A DNA stretch of 62,823 bases, counting the filler, from Dugesia japonica (taxonomy: Eukaryota): assembly GCA_001938525.1 (NCBI GenBank). It is 5 parts of 5 records of this genome, joined end to end, with 100 filler letters (N's around TTAATTAATTAA, not from the genome) between each part and the next. Parts side by side here need not be neighbours in the genome. Positions count along the whole stretch, not along the records: positions 10,419 to 22,884 come from MQRL01308005.1; positions 22,985 to 31,831 come from MQRL01595003.1; 3 more parts are not named here. The stretch is one strand, 5' to 3'. Numbering within the stretch: the stretch's first letter is position 1; each line of letters begins with the position of its first letter. Below, one piece after another: positions 10,693-25,026 of the stretch. The notes beneath the pieces were generated by a model. That model ran no database searches and had not been told where the DNA came from. It saw only the letters and a program-made list of their open reading frames with translations. The position numbers were made by a program, and so were the translations under genes.

Positions 10693-13600
10693 AATTAGTA
10701 ATGTTAATTTTTACTTGAGCATGGTAAGTTTGTGTTCAGTTTTTTTGGGAATTCATTGAAAAATTCAAATTTGTTTACATTTTCAAGTTTTCTAAAAATA
10801 TTTAAAATTTTTGTGATAAATTGGTGAAATTAGGTCATCTTTGTTTAAATTTTCAGACTTTTTAATTTTTGAAATAATTTTTTTATGAAAATCCGTAACA
10901 TCCCAAATTTTAAAAATAATTTTGAAAGAGTTATTTGTCCAGATTTTTACATCAATCGTTGCAGAATTCAATAGAGATTATTTTTCAAAAATAAAAATTT
11001 TTGGATTAAGTAGTTCAGAATTTAGGATATTTAGGCAGCGATTAAATTTATGTGCATTAAATAACTTTAGCTCGTATTGTAAACATTTGCCGTATTCTTT
11101 TCAAAGTTTGGGCTTCTTAAGCTATATTATTTTTCAAGATTTTTGGTTGATAATTTCTTCGGTTATTTCGAATGAGGTTGATTTTTTGGTTGGTTCAGGT
11201 GATTTCTTTATGGTAATTTAATCTTTAAGGTCGAATCAGGTAGAATTTTGGTTTGTTCATGTGAATTTGTTTGATAACTTCTTCAGTGAGGTCGAATAAG
11301 GTTAGTTTTTGACTGACTTAGAGTAATTTTTTGGTTATGTGGTCAAATATGTCCTCGAGTATAGTCAGTTTGGGTTGAATCTTTCGGAAATTCATGGGAA
11401 AAGTCGAATCTGTTTAAATTTTACAGTTTTTTAAAAATATTAAAAATTTTTGTTGTAAATTGGTGAAATTAGATCATCTTTGTTTAAATTTTCAGATTTT
11501 CTTTTTAAATTAATTTTTTATGGAAATTCGAAACATCTCAAATAGTTTACTTGAAAATTTTGGTTGGAAATTACTTGATTTTTATTTGGATAATTTTTAT
11601 AATTAGGTGTTTTGAAAGTGTTAAAATAAAAGTTTGAATTATAAATATCTAATTTAGTATAGGATCTACTTTCAAAGGTTTCTATATTAAGGTAAAAATA
11701 TGTGTATAATTGACTAGTTATTGGCTGCAAAGTATAAATTAAGGGTTAGGTATTAACTGAATAATCAATAGGTAAATTATGATAACGAGTATTGTGTATG
11801 TGAATACTTATGATAGCAAGTATTTTGGATATTAATACTTAATGATAGTGAGTATTATGAATGTTCAGGCTTGATGATAGAGAGTTGCGTACTATGAATT
11901 AAACCTTATGATAGCATATATTCTACTAAGTATGATTAATAGACGAATAATGCACATAAGTTAGAATGAACACATATTTTCAACGGATCTATTGAAATTA
12001 AGGTATAAAATATGCGTATGGTTCATTGAACTATTTGGTTTGGTGAAGATTGGCAATAATTGTAAGAGCAACATTTATCCAGTTTGTTTTATTTAATTTC
12101 AAATTTTAATTTATTTTTGTAATGCGTTATTTATGATTTGAATTTAGATTTAGTCAAATAAAAGGATTGATTCTGAAAATCTAACGAATCATGTTAATTT
12201 GATGAACAATCACATATATTATTCGAATAATGCTCCAGATTTTAAGAATTATATGACACATGTAATGAAATCAAGTAGGATTTGTTGATTTTATTAAATC
12301 TCCAACTTTTACTTGAATTATTATTAAAAATTTATGCTATTCATATTGTTAGGATGCGGGCTTACATATCCATTATCAAGAACAATTTGATTTTCGGAAA
12401 ACATATATTATATTTTAATAAAGACTATAACAGAATATAAATAGTAATATTAATTTAACTAACAAACTTACAGTTAAAAATATAAAAATCTTACGTTACA
12501 AATCCAAAAATCAAATCAACTGGGAAATTCCTAAAAAATAATGTACAACAATAATTTTTTTAAGTCAAACACAAATCCCTGTTGAATATTCAAACTACCA
12601 AATTTAAAATATTAATTCAAAGCAATATTTAATTTTTAAAAACTCAAACTATTCAATAAATAACGTATCTCACACACATCATTTAACTTGTGAAATTTGA
12701 ATTTATGACTTCAATTATGATTTTATTGCTTCATTTACGATTAATTTGCTGATTATTAATTAATGATGAATTACATTTTTGATGATTAGCTATAAATTTA
12801 ATAAAAAATTTATTGTTATCAATTTAAATTTAATATGAAAATAATTGTGTAAGGAAAATTTAATCAAGTTTGTTTTATTTAATTTAAAATTTTAATTGAT
12901 TTTTGTAATGATTTGAATTTAGATTTAGAGTCATATAAAATTATTGATTCTGAAAATCTCATGAATAATATGATGAACAATGACATAAATTATTTAAATA
13001 ATGCTCGAGATTTTTTCTGTGAATTTTAATGTTCACAGAAAGCAATTAATATAAAGTACTTTTTTTGATTTATTTCAATATGAATAAAGATTTTTGATTT
13101 TAAAACATGTTTTCCTTACTCAACATAGACCTTCCTATCGAATAGATACTTTGATGATCAAATTTGAGGTACTTTTTTATTTTTTCAAAATTCAGTGGTT
13201 TCCTCATTAGAGATAATAATTATCAATGATAGCAATCCATAATAATTGTTTTTAATTTTTATATCGTCAATGACAATTTTTGACGATATTTATCCACATT
13301 AATTATGATATTTCAAAATCTTTTATTGAATACATTATCCAGTGGTAATAGCATTTTCGTACATTTAAATAGAGTGCTAAGTAGAGGGCCTGGGATCATA
13401 GTGTGTAGAAAACGAACCTGTTTTAAAACACCTCGGTTTCAAAGCTAGTGCGATAAGGAAATTTGCACTGATATCGATCAGAAAATGTATTGCTTGGTCG
13501 ATCAAAAATTGGCTCTTCCATAACGTACAAGCTGGTACAATAGAGAATTCTGATCAAGAATGTGGAATTGATTATAAAAGTGAATCTATAATGAAAGATT

Positions 13601-16600
13601 TGAAATAAGTTAAACAATTTCTGGAGTTTTCTCTGCGTTTTCTTATTTGTTGTGTTTTTGTTATTTTGATTTTTTACAGAGCTATTGCTTGCCAAACCAG
13701 GACTCAAATTATTCTGGGGATAGTTTTCCGGTCTGACCTTTGTCTATCTCTGAGTATTAGTACGTGTCGTGTTGGGTTTGATTCATGTAACTGTTTATTT
13801 AAATTACACTTTGTTTTACAGAGTTTGCCAGTTTACTCTAACGTTTGAAAATTTTAGATGATAATATTCAGAATCAGCGAAAATCTATCTATGTAATAGA
13901 TACTTTGATGTTCAAGTTTAAGTTACTTGTTATGTTTTCAAAATTTGATTGTTCTTTTTTACAGACTTTAATTATCAATGAGAAAAACCCATAATCAATA
14001 CTAGTTCTTAACTTATTTCATTTTAAATAAAGCTGAAGAATTTTAATCCGTATTAATAATGATATTGGAAATATTCTTATTAGTTCAGTTGTAAGAACGT
14101 TTCTTTTAAAGCTCATCAGTGGTGAATTCAAATCAAATAAATTACTATTTATTTTACACTTTTTTTTTAATTTACAAAGTTCATATAAGGATTGAGGATT
14201 TTAAGTGATGATATTCAGAATCAGTGAAAACATCTTTATCCAACAGATAATTTAATGTTCAAATCTTGGATACCTTTTATTTTTTTGAACTAATATCATT
14301 GGCCCTTAAGGACTTCTACATCAAGTACATGTATTTTCAAATTAACTTATAATCTATAAGGTTTAATGACTTTAGGTGATGATTTTCATGATATGTGAAA
14401 ACATTTCTATCGAATAGTATCGATTTCTTCACGTTTCGATATAATTTTTCAATTTTCGAAAAAAGATACTAAATACGAGAGGAAAGCTGTGAATCTTCGC
14501 TAGGAAGCATTTTTGTCGAGACTATAATGCCGCAGGTACCCCTTCTTTTTTTCTTCTTAGCAAACATACCTAATATATCCAGCGTAATTAGGTATGGATT
14601 ATCGAAGATTTTCTATTGTATAAGAAAAATAAATCGAATCGCTTGTTTTAGTGAAGTCTGTGCAATAATACATAACATCTGTGGCGTTTTTGGGTATCAG
14701 TTATCGCTGATCTTTCTATAATATAATAAACATTAATTGTTTGCTTTAATTTTGACGCAATTCTTTAATTAATTATTTTCTTTTTATGTTTTTATAATTA
14801 ATTAATCAAAGTGAATCATCCGCATTTTCAAAACGAGCGATATTGCATTTGACATTCATTCTGCCATACGATTTCTTGCTCTGTCAATCATGCATATGAC
14901 TTACCTTCATTGAATTAATTATGTCCATATATACATATGCGATAAACGATATACAGTGCAATTGATCAGATCTCAAGTAGCCAGTGGTGGGCGATAACTG
15001 ATTGCATTCACACAATTATTCCGCGCTAGTTGATACTATGGTATGCTTTGTACAAATAGAAATCTCGCACATATAGAAATAATTATTGATGATTGCACCT
15101 TTATTTTAATTAAAGTAATTAATAAAAATAAATAAAACAAGTCTATACATCTTTACTACATCATGTAACACATTTTGTCATATGTTTTGTTCAATTTAAT
15201 GGAACCTTCACCATATTTTGACCATTAAAATGAAATCTTCATACATCCTTTAATTCATTTATATCGTAATATTCCGAAATTTCATTCAAAATTTAAATTG
15301 AAATTGTAAGGTAATTTTAAAATTTGTAAATATTTTTAAAATTTAATTCAATAATGATTAAATCAATATTTGTTAAAACTTAAAATGTAAATTCGAAATA
15401 TTTTTAAAATATATTTTTAATAAATATAATAAATTTATTTAAATTTATTATTATTTAAAAACATAAATTGGGAAAGGCAAGTTTTGAAAGAGGCGTTCAA
15501 AACGAAAGAAGAATTAATTGTAATTGAAAATTTGTCAACAAAATAGCTTAGTCACCTCAAGCTAGACAAGGACTTTGCATAGAAACAAAACCGATTATTC
15601 AGAGGTCATACGAGGTGACCGATTGAGTAATTTAGAAAATTTTGCTGAATGAAGTTACAACTAACAAGGAGATAGGTGCACACAGAACAATAACGAATGG
15701 GACTCCAATAAGCAGCGTTAAAACGCGAAACTGCCGTTTTGATTCGCTGGCTAGTCAGCATCTAAATTTTTTGTTCTTCAGCAGTAATAAAACTGGGAGA
15801 CTCGAACTAGAAAGAACACAATTTCAATACTAATTTTAAAAATTTTAAAAAATATAAAAGGAAAATTTTAATTTGTAATTCTAATTAAATTTTTATTTCT
15901 GAAGCAGTGGTTAAGTCATTCTTATTAATTAACAAAAATTAATTCGAAAAAAATCTCAGAAAATCAGAATATTCATTGACAAAAATTGATACGAAATTAT
16001 TTGAGAAAATCAGAATATTTATTGGCAAAAGATTCTTACGAAATTATTTGAGAAAATCTAAATAGGCATTGGCAAAAATTATCGTAAACTATTTCAGAAA
16101 ACCAAACTATCCATGGGCAAAACCATCATAAACTGATAAAGAAATTATAATGCTAATTACAGAATCTTTCTGAAGATAGTTGTGGTAATTGACGAACAAT
16201 GGATAGAATCAATATGCAATTAATTGTGGAAAACCAAAAAGATGGTGGTAAATGATTGGGAAAGTGAATATAGAAATCGATAGAATATGAGTGAAATCAT
16301 GATGAAAATGATTATGAGAAATGACATGAAAAATTGCCAAACTCATTGTGGAATTGGTTATGGAATTCCGAAGAAAAATTGGCGAGGCTGCTATTTAATT
16401 AAGTATGAGAAACGGGAAGAAATACATGAGATCCTGAAAATTAATGAATGGAAAATGCTAAATTGACAGCAAGACGGAGTAATTCTGCAAAATTTAGACA
16501 GAGCGGTGGGCTGAAAGTTTGTGCTTTGAGTAATTCTATGAGCAAGGCTATGGAAGGGTTATTAAAAACCGATTTTCTGGGAGCTCGATTGTCATATAGT

Positions 16601-18149
16601 ATGTTTGCTCTTATAAATTCTTCTAGTTGGTTGTTTACCCTGATGTAATTTGGATTCAAGTTTATATTTGTTTAAAAAGAAAATATTACGTTCTATAAGT
16701 TTAATAATTTTTTTTTATTTAAAAAATTTTTAATTGGTCGTAAAGTAAAATCCGATAAGTTATCATGGAATCACGAATCATATATAGCAAAATAAATTTT
16801 CTTATAAAGTTTAACGTACGTTGTATGTCTGCGTTTATTTTTTTAACACTTTTGAATTAATTAGTTAAGGGAAGTCTTGCTAGAGATTTGCACCAGCGGG
16901 GACGAGAGAGAATGACTGCTTTTGTGGTCATCTTCTCTGGCCCGTGCTATAAAAGCGGGGACTCAGATCTAATAGGCCGCAGGCCGAAGAATCGTGAGGT
17001 ATTTGTAAAACGAGCTTTAAACAATCATGTTAAAAAATGAAAACCACCTCTTCATTTTGAGAATAATGAAGCATTTATTTTAAACTAATTTTAGTCTTAT
17101 TCTATCGATGACCAAGCTAGAAAAAAGAGTTAAAAACCGCACAGAAGAGATGGACCTGAGAAATCCCATGCGTATAAATAAATGTTAACTGATGTTTGCT
17201 GAATTATTTAGATTTTTTTTGTGTACTGTAAATTTTTATCGTAATTTAATTTCAAAATAGAGTATTAACTGAGCAAGTTGTCCATGAGTTATAGAAGTGT
17301 AAGACGCGAAACCGCAAAGTCGTGCTGGATCCAGGAAAGAGAGAGGCATGGTACAGAAGTACCATAAATGCTAGTGGTTTTTAGGTATGTCTCTAGACTG
17401 CGGATTTTTAAAAATCATGAAAGTGAGCAACTGAAAAAGAGATAATTTATTAACATCAAAAATCCTAAAAACCCAACAAAATTATTTATAAATAAAATTA
17501 TTTAAACAAATGTCAATTAGACGTGAAATAAAAATACATTATTAACAATTATACCAAATTATAAAAAATATTAAAAAAAATGTGTCGATTTGTCGTTTGT
17601 CGAATTGTCATGTAACCATAAATTTATTCAATCATTAAAATTTAAATCAATTATTCATTAACCTATCATTAAACTTTCGAATCAATTAATTTATTCAATT
17701 AAACATAAATTTTTTTTAATTAATTAGTTAAATCATCAAAGATATTTTATTCAAAATAATATTATAATCAAATAAATAACTATTTGAGTAACTAATTTGT
17801 TTCATTGAATTCAATTTTAAAATGATCCTTATCTGGAACATTCATCTTCACATTTAAAAATTGAACATTTTTCTTTCTAAAAGTTTTTTAAGACAACAAC
17901 AAAAACACAACATAATTATTTGTCTTTGCAAACAAATGTAAAAGTTTTATAACTGAGACATATTATAAATTTAAAGTTTAGTTAAGTTGTAAACATTTAA
18001 ATACTTAAAACTTTATGTTTATTTAAAAATTTCTTTTATGATTTAGTTAAAAATATTTAATAAAATGATTTTAATAATTTCGTCTTAATATAAAAAAATT
18101 TAAACTACTTTAAAATTGTAATATCCTAATTGAAAATAAAAAATAATAA

Positions 18150-19210
18150 AGGTTTATTCCTCTCTGTAATTGTAAAAGCTTCAATTTCACTTATTATTTT
18201 CAAAGGTCTAAAGTATTTTACACTTAAAAATAATGTTTTAGATACTTTTCTCATATTTAAATGAAAATTATTTGTTCAATGAATTATTTTAGTTATCTTC
18301 AATAAATATTTAAAATTTTTTCAAATTATCTAATACTTATAAAATATCTCTTCATTCTCATCATCATCCTCTTCTCGAATGACATGGATTTCTTTGGTAT
18401 AACTCAAATCTTTTGTTTGTTGTACCTTCTCTCTTTTAGTCTAAGCTTACTAATGTTCAAATAACATTCTTCCGCTCTGTGACCTGGTACTTTACATCTA
18501 TTACATACAATTTCTGTATACATCTTTCTGATATGACCAATCTTACCACATCCAAAACATTTTGGTGGTTTCTTGTCTGGACAATTTCTATTTAAATTCC
18601 CTTTATTGTAACAAGTTCAATATTTCACATGAGAATGTTTTGAAAACTCTTTTTGTAACATATCTCTGGCATAACTAACACTATGGTTCTGTTCTTTTCT
18701 TAACTTTCTCGATATTTTGCCTCCTCTCTCAGAAACATTCTCCACGTTTTACGATCGCGTAACTCTTTACTTCGTTCAAAGGTTCTCTTATTTAAATTTT
18801 TTAACCAAGGATAGCATTTCTTTTATATCTTCTACTTTCTCAAATTTTTGCATGATAATCTCTTCTTCTGATTTTTGACTCTCTGCACAAATTATTAGCA
18901 TTTTTGACAAGGGTTTTTCTTTCAGCAGCCTTACATTTGATAAATATTTATTGACTAAGTCTTCGACCATTTTAAAGAACACTTCAAGTTCTTCATCACC
19001 ACGACGATAGCTTACAATATTTTGTAAATTTTTTATTATGTCTCTTTTGCTTTCAAAAACTAATCGCAACTTTACTTGATATACGCCTGCTTTCTTCATT
19101 GTTTTGACATATGATTCAATAAAATCATCATCAAGCATACATATAACAAGCGCTCCTGATCTTTCTTAAAATCGATGTTCTTCGCCTTGAAGTATGTTTC
19201 ACACCGTTTA
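18150..19210 (-). pseudogene. Decayed LTR-retrotransposon gag with CCHC knuckles
   Basis: Perfect knuckle CNRCKVPGHRAEEC at 18464-18505 and a second knuckle CFGCGKIGH. Upstream helical gag-like ORF 18788-19138. Confidence 0.7.
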
Positions 19211-19229
19211 ATAAACTTCTTTAGAGCAA

Positions 19230-20293
19230 GTGTAGTTATGCAGCTGCGTTAGAAAACACAACATAACTCAGCCAGTTCAGCTAGAATATTATTCAAAACT
19301 ATCACAGCAACATGAACTTGAGGATCTGTCAACTTTTTCAAACAGTACTTTGCAATATGATCTTTATCCTCATAAACTTGTATAATCGTCAATTAACATC
19401 ATATAATTTCTCGATAAGTCTTTTACAGCAAAATATCTAGACATCCACGGCACCTCATTAATTGGTCGAAATGAAATGACATCATAGTCTGCAACATTGC
19501 ATAATACTTCAAATTTAGCTTTTTTAACACTTGACCTACTGAAAGTAGTGTATATAATTTTTAATAATAATTCAATATCTTTCACCATAGTTAGATTCTT
19601 CCACGCATCATCAGTGCCCAAATCTTTCCTAAGTGCAACACAGTGCTGCACCGTGAAATGTCTCACCTCTGCATAAAAAAGAGCAGCAACACCATTGCGC
19701 TTACCCAACATTACTGATGCACTATCTGACTTAAAGATCACCATTTTCTGAAAATCAAGTTGATGGTCTGCATAAAACTTATTGATTGCTTCATAAATAG
19801 TTATACTGTTACATGCTGTTAATTTAAATACACCAGCAAAATATGTTCGATGGTACTTTACTGTAGTTGATCGATATAGATAATCAATATTTTAGTGACT
19901 AATATGTCTGTACTCTCATCCAAAATCAATGTATAAGGGCTTCTCTAACAACAGAATAAATACACTCGACAAATTTGAAAGCGTAATTTTTACTCCACCA
20001 ACTCTCTAGAATTTTGACATACTTTGTCAAATGATTATGAATGTCTTGCACAGAGAACATAGATGAATTCATTGAAATTGACAGAAAAACATTGTCTATC
20101 AAAATCCATACTTTACCATCTTTAATTTACCACGAGAATTTGAAGCAGGCAAAACTGCTGTCTCTGAGGCTGACAAAACATCATATACTGACATTTGTTT
20201 GTGTTCTCCTAAATATTCATTATCAAGATCATAAATCTTTTTGCTGAGAGGACCAGAGCAGCATTTTAGATTTAATGCTATTAAATCAAACAT
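19230..20293 (-). pseudogene. hAT transposase remnant (ZNF862/KIAA1586-like)
   Basis: LILDESTD (first catalytic D, about 19918), SDSASVMLGKRNGV, HCVA and a W.SR motif. Several frameshifts. Confidence 0.8.
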
Positions 20294-21479
20294 AGAAATT
20301 CTAAACTTATTAATTAATTCTTATTTAAATATTTAACAAACTGATTTCAATAAATTCCGCCTCAAAATACAAAAAATTAAATCTGCTTTTAAAAATCACC
20401 TTTCGGGTTTATTCTCTCTAATTTGCATTATCCACCATTAATCATACTTCGTAATAATATTCGCAATAATAAGGTTTAAGTCATAGTAAACAACTCTCGC
20501 TATCATCGAGTCTCAATATACACAATACTTGTTATCAACCTTCACCTATTGATTATTCAGTTATTGATTCAATCTGTTCATCGCTTATTTCATATAGTCT
20601 GCTCTTTAATTAACATTAAAATATATACTTCAAAACTAATAAACGGAATATTATTTACGTATTTTCACCTTAATAAAAAAAATTCCTTTGAAAATAGAAC
20701 TTTTTTGTGCTTTATTAACCAGTTAATCATCAACTTGTAATATATAAATTTAAACATTCATTTATTAAAATTCTAACCAATTACTCAAGAACATAATATT
20801 TACCTATGAAATTAATTTATTAATTAAAGCTTTTCAGAAAATTTTTTTCAATCAATTAACATTTAGAATCAACACATAAAAATTTTCAACTTTTATTTAT
20901 AGATTCAATATATTAAGAAATTATAATACACGAAAGAAAAATTGTAATATCCTTAAAAATAAAATAAAACACTTAAAGATAATGTTTTACCTACTTTTCT
21001 CATAATTATTTGAAAATTATTAAATCCATCATACTTAATATATTCAATCAATATTATTCAAATTATTTGCAATTTGAAAACCATCAAGGCTACTTTCCAT
21101 TGACTATCCAAACAATTTGGATTTTAAAACTCGACAATGAAATTACTAGTATTGTTATCCGGACTAATAAGTGGACAACTATTACTTTGTTACAGTGTAT
21201 AAAAATTATCTGTTTTGCTCATTTTTCGTCCTTTTAGTTGAATTAACGATTTAAAAGGCTAATATCCAAGTTAGTTTTTTTATCAATGTCGTTTAAATAT
21301 AATTATTTTGTCTTTCTATTACACTTTGATCTAATAATCTTTTTTCGTCTAGCTACCTTTGGTGTTGGAATCATTTGCAATTCCTGCTCAAAGAATTTTT
21401 TCTTGAATGATATTATCTTCAAAGTTTTTAATCACATACATGATTGTGTTTGGTTTGGTATTGATTTTTGATATTTGAA

Positions 21480-22855
21480 ACAACTTATCACTCCCACTAC
21501 TATGAAATTCTTTATGGATNNNNNNNNAAATATCTTTGAGATTCTAACATGATCACCGACATTAAATTTTGGTTTTATAATTGGTTTTGAATTTTTGTTT
21601 CAATAGCCTTAATTTTATTGAATTTCAGATGATACATCTTCAAATCTTGTTTCATTTAATCCCTTGTGACTTGTATGATTATAGCTAATAATTATTTTTC
21701 TTAATAAATATATCCAGATTTTATTACCAGTATGCACAAAGTACTTTTTCAATGCAACTTTTAATGTTTAATACAATCTTTAAACATATGCTACTTTGTA
21801 TTGTGCAAATACAGAATAATGATTAATCTTGAGACTTGAAATAAGAGTCTTGACTTTAGAATTGTAGAATGCCTTTCTCAAATCAGTTTGTGAATCTGGT
21901 TGTCAATCTTCAAACAATGTCTCGATTGCAGCTTCCATTCCATAAGCATATTTTGATTTGACTGGAACAACTCTCCCATATCTGCTAAATACATCGATAC
22001 ATATCGAACTTTACTTTTTTCCTTTAATAGTATTTGAATAATGTATCATTTCCATTAAAACCATTTGTCATAAATCTTCAAAACCAAGTGTTTTATGTGA
22101 GTTTTGTCTGAAATCTTTCAAATATTCGATATTTTAGATCGAACGCTAGTAAATCTGATAGCCACTGTTGCATCTCGCCTTTTTAAGTTTTTAATACTTT
22201 CCATAGTTTTTCTACTCCTTTAAATTCTGCTGGAATTTGCGGGTTTCTCCATGTCGTCTTCATTACCACAATTAGATGTAAATCTTAGATAAAGTTTTGG
22301 TAATGATTCCAAATTATTCATTGTTTATATGAAATTCGATATGTATTGTTTATGTACAATTTGCTAGACCTATTGCTGCTAATGCGATAGGTAGAAATGC
22401 AGCTAGAAAGCCCCATGTTGTTTGTACAATAATTTCTTCGTTAATTTCTTATTCGTGGTATGTACAATTAATAGCAATATTTTCTAGCTTTGCTTATAAC
22501 TACAATACCTCAAACTGTTTACAATAATCTCTAGTAAATCAACAGCAGCAAACAATAGAAATAACTACAACATTTTTCCTCTAGACTCTTTTGGAGCCTT
22601 CAATAATATGCTAAAATACAGAAGACTTTGTTGAAATTTCATAATTTTTATTAAATAACACATTGAGTTATTTGTTTTTAACTTTATCTGTTTCCTATTT
22701 ATAACATATAACATGGCGATTACACAATACCTTAAAAATTATATAAAACCCCTGATTTTCACATAATAAATACGTAACCGGTATGCCATTACATAACTAT
22801 GCTGTTGTTATTACATAACAATGGGAGTATTCTCGAACGCTACTATCTATCTACT
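21480..22855 (-). mobile_element. Decayed Polinton locus 3: terminus-like end, small hydrophobic ORF remnant and integrase
   Basis: The minus strand begins AGTAGATAGATAGTAG at 22855. A WGFLAAFLPIALAAIGL remnant lies near 22370-22415, followed by the integrase. Confidence 0.6.
21535..22265 (-). pseudogene. Polinton-type retroviral-like integrase pseudogene
   Basis: Motifs CIDVFSRYG, QTD..KAFYN, INHYS, TLK..L.KYF, YNHT.H and KFNVGDHVRISK, with many stops. Confidence 0.85.
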
Positions 22856-22884
22856 GACGATGTGTCATTAATTTTTGATTCTGA

Positions 22885-22984
22885 NNNNNNNNNNNNNNNN
22901 NNNNNNNNNNNNNNNNNNNNNNNNNNNNTTAATTAATTAANNNNNNNNNNNNNNNNNNNNNNNNNNNNNNNNNNNNNNNNNNNN
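22885..22984. other. Artificial contig spacer
   Basis: N44-TTAATTAATTAA-N44. Confidence 0.97.
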
Positions 22985-23091
22985 AACCGGCAACTCATCT
23001 AGACTTTAAATTTCTACGTCAATTTTGATTTCAGTCACATTAATAATTTCTTCATCATTATTCATTAATAATCTTATCAAGGAAAAGATTT

Positions 23092-23330
23092 TTACCTGAT
23101 CACATGTTTTTTTGTGTTGGTCGAAATAATCATACTTGTTAGAGTCTTGATGTTGCTCGAATTAAATAAATATGGTCGTACATTTGTCGCTAAATTTCTT
23201 TTTTCTTCTACTCGGGAAATTAATGTTATTTTGAACCGTATATCCAATATAAACTTTAAAGTAATATCTGCACTAAACAAATTTGCACTTCGAAACACAG
23301 ATTTGATGACTAAATGAATCGACAGAAACG
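23092..23330 (-). pseudogene. Possible DNA transposase fragment (hAT-like)
   Basis: RSANLFSADITLKFIL...RVEEKRN resembles a hAT C-terminal segment. It is short and degenerate. Confidence 0.35.
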
Positions 23331-23574
23331 CTATGATTATTTCTGTAAGTAAATAAAATTCATCCTTGTAAAAATAAATATCTATTTTTAGGTCTATTAA
23401 TTAAAATTAAAACCTCACAACTCTCCAAATGTTTTTGTTTAATCACAAAGTTTTTGATTAAATTAAAAAAGATGAAGAATAATCCATAGTATTCAAACAA
23501 ATAATCTGAGAAATTTAATTTTCATTTTTAAATTTTTAAAATGAAATATTTTAAAAATTTTGATCTTATTTTAA

Positions 23575-23601
23575 ATATATATATATATATATATATATAT
23601 A
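23575..23601. repeat. (TA)n microsatellite
   Basis: Seen directly. Confidence 0.95.
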
Positions 23602-23662
23602 CTTTACATAGTTAAGTTATTTTTAAAAATAATTTCTTAAAATAATTTAATACTTTTACTTA

Positions 23663-25026
23663 TGTTGGGATCTTATCTAGGTGAGTTAACAAGTCTAGGG
23701 TATGGAGCCGTTGACTCGGAATCCCAGTACAGACTCGCATACCTTTGGTTTGGGTTCATATCTCGTAATACTTGCTAAATTTTTAGAACTACTCAAGCTA
23801 TATTGGTTAATAGTGTCAGTTTAACAAAATAATTTTAATAAAATAAAACCATACTAAATAAAAGAAAATCCGGTTATGGATAGTTACATTATTGTTAATT
23901 CCACACCTTAAATTAAAATCACATCAATAAAACTAACAACTAANGTGAGCAGCAATCTCGATCTGGAGCAAGCACATAGGAATTATTTTGACTTATCGTG
24001 ATCACCAATTGTATACCACTTAATCATTAATTTCGGATCCACATCTGCATAACGACGTCAATTATTTTGGGTTCCATAATTTCTGCAACTCATTAAGTCG
24101 GAAATCGTCGCGACTGTAATCAAATACTAAAAAATAATCACCTTCTGTGATAATTGAAAATTTTTCCGTCTAACTGCAGGATTTTCTTAATAAAAGATTG
24201 ATTTTTTGGTGAAAATTACATCAGTATTTATACCCGGTTTAAGATACACCATCGTTCTTTTTATTGGTCATTTGGAATTGTACGATTTTTCTGACGTTTC
24301 CATTGGCTTGAACGTTACATGAGTTCTTTTTATTGGTAGTTATTTTAGGATTACAAAATTATTGGTCAATCTTCAACCCCTTATAACTTCTTTCTGGATC
24401 TTGTTACAATTTTTAACTGGCATTTTTTAATTCCCCGATTTTTTCTAGTCCATAATTTTCTTATTTGCCAATTTTAACTCCAANNNNNNNNNNNNNNNNN
24501 NNNNNNNNNNNNNNNNNNNNNNNNNNNNNNNNNNNNNNNNNNNNNNNNNNNNNNNNNNNNNNNNNNNNNTAAATAAGTAATTTTATTTTATTTTCTTCAA
24601 AATTTTAATTACATGTTCATTTCTTTTTTTCTGATCTAAATTAATTTACGTTCGTCGTTTTTCTATCATTAATTAATTCCTTTAATTTATTTCCTCCTTC
24701 TCCAATTATTAGTTCAATATNGTTTTCTTAGTTTTGCTTAATGAACTAATTGTTATCCATTATTTTCTTTATCTGACTGATAGCTTCTATTACTTCTTTT
24801 CTTCATTTTGGCTATCTTATTTCGCAGTTGTTTCTTTAGATATTTCTGGTTATTACGTTGGTTTAGACTACCAACCTTGGTTTTTCTTTTAATTATTTCT
24901 TTCCTTCAATGAATTGTGACCTTCCTCTGTTTAGATTCTTTGTTTCTTTATTTGGTGACTATCTTTTCACTTTCAGCTTTAACTATCGCCATTTTTATTC
25001 TTCGTACCAGGTGTTTCACCCCAACA
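23663..25026 (-). mobile_element. Insertion A of the TGTTGGG...CCCCAACA family, 4-bp TSD CTTA
   Basis: CTTA|TGTTGGGATC...GGTGTTTCACCCCAACA|CTTA. Confidence 0.85.

Noticed and set aside
10780-14460. Dispersed 60-150-bp duplications (10780/11420, 12080/12865, 13855/14200/14375)
   Set aside because: These look like ordinary decayed interspersed repeats without ends or coding signal.
15480-16660. Faint Gypsy RT-like fragments (IIQRSY, LM*FG)
   Set aside because: Too degenerate, and there is no YxDD motif.
16863-17270. LTR-like segment (AGTTAA...TTAACT, TATAAAA, AATAAA)
   Set aside because: No partner LTR, TSD or convincing PBS was found, so it cannot be supported.
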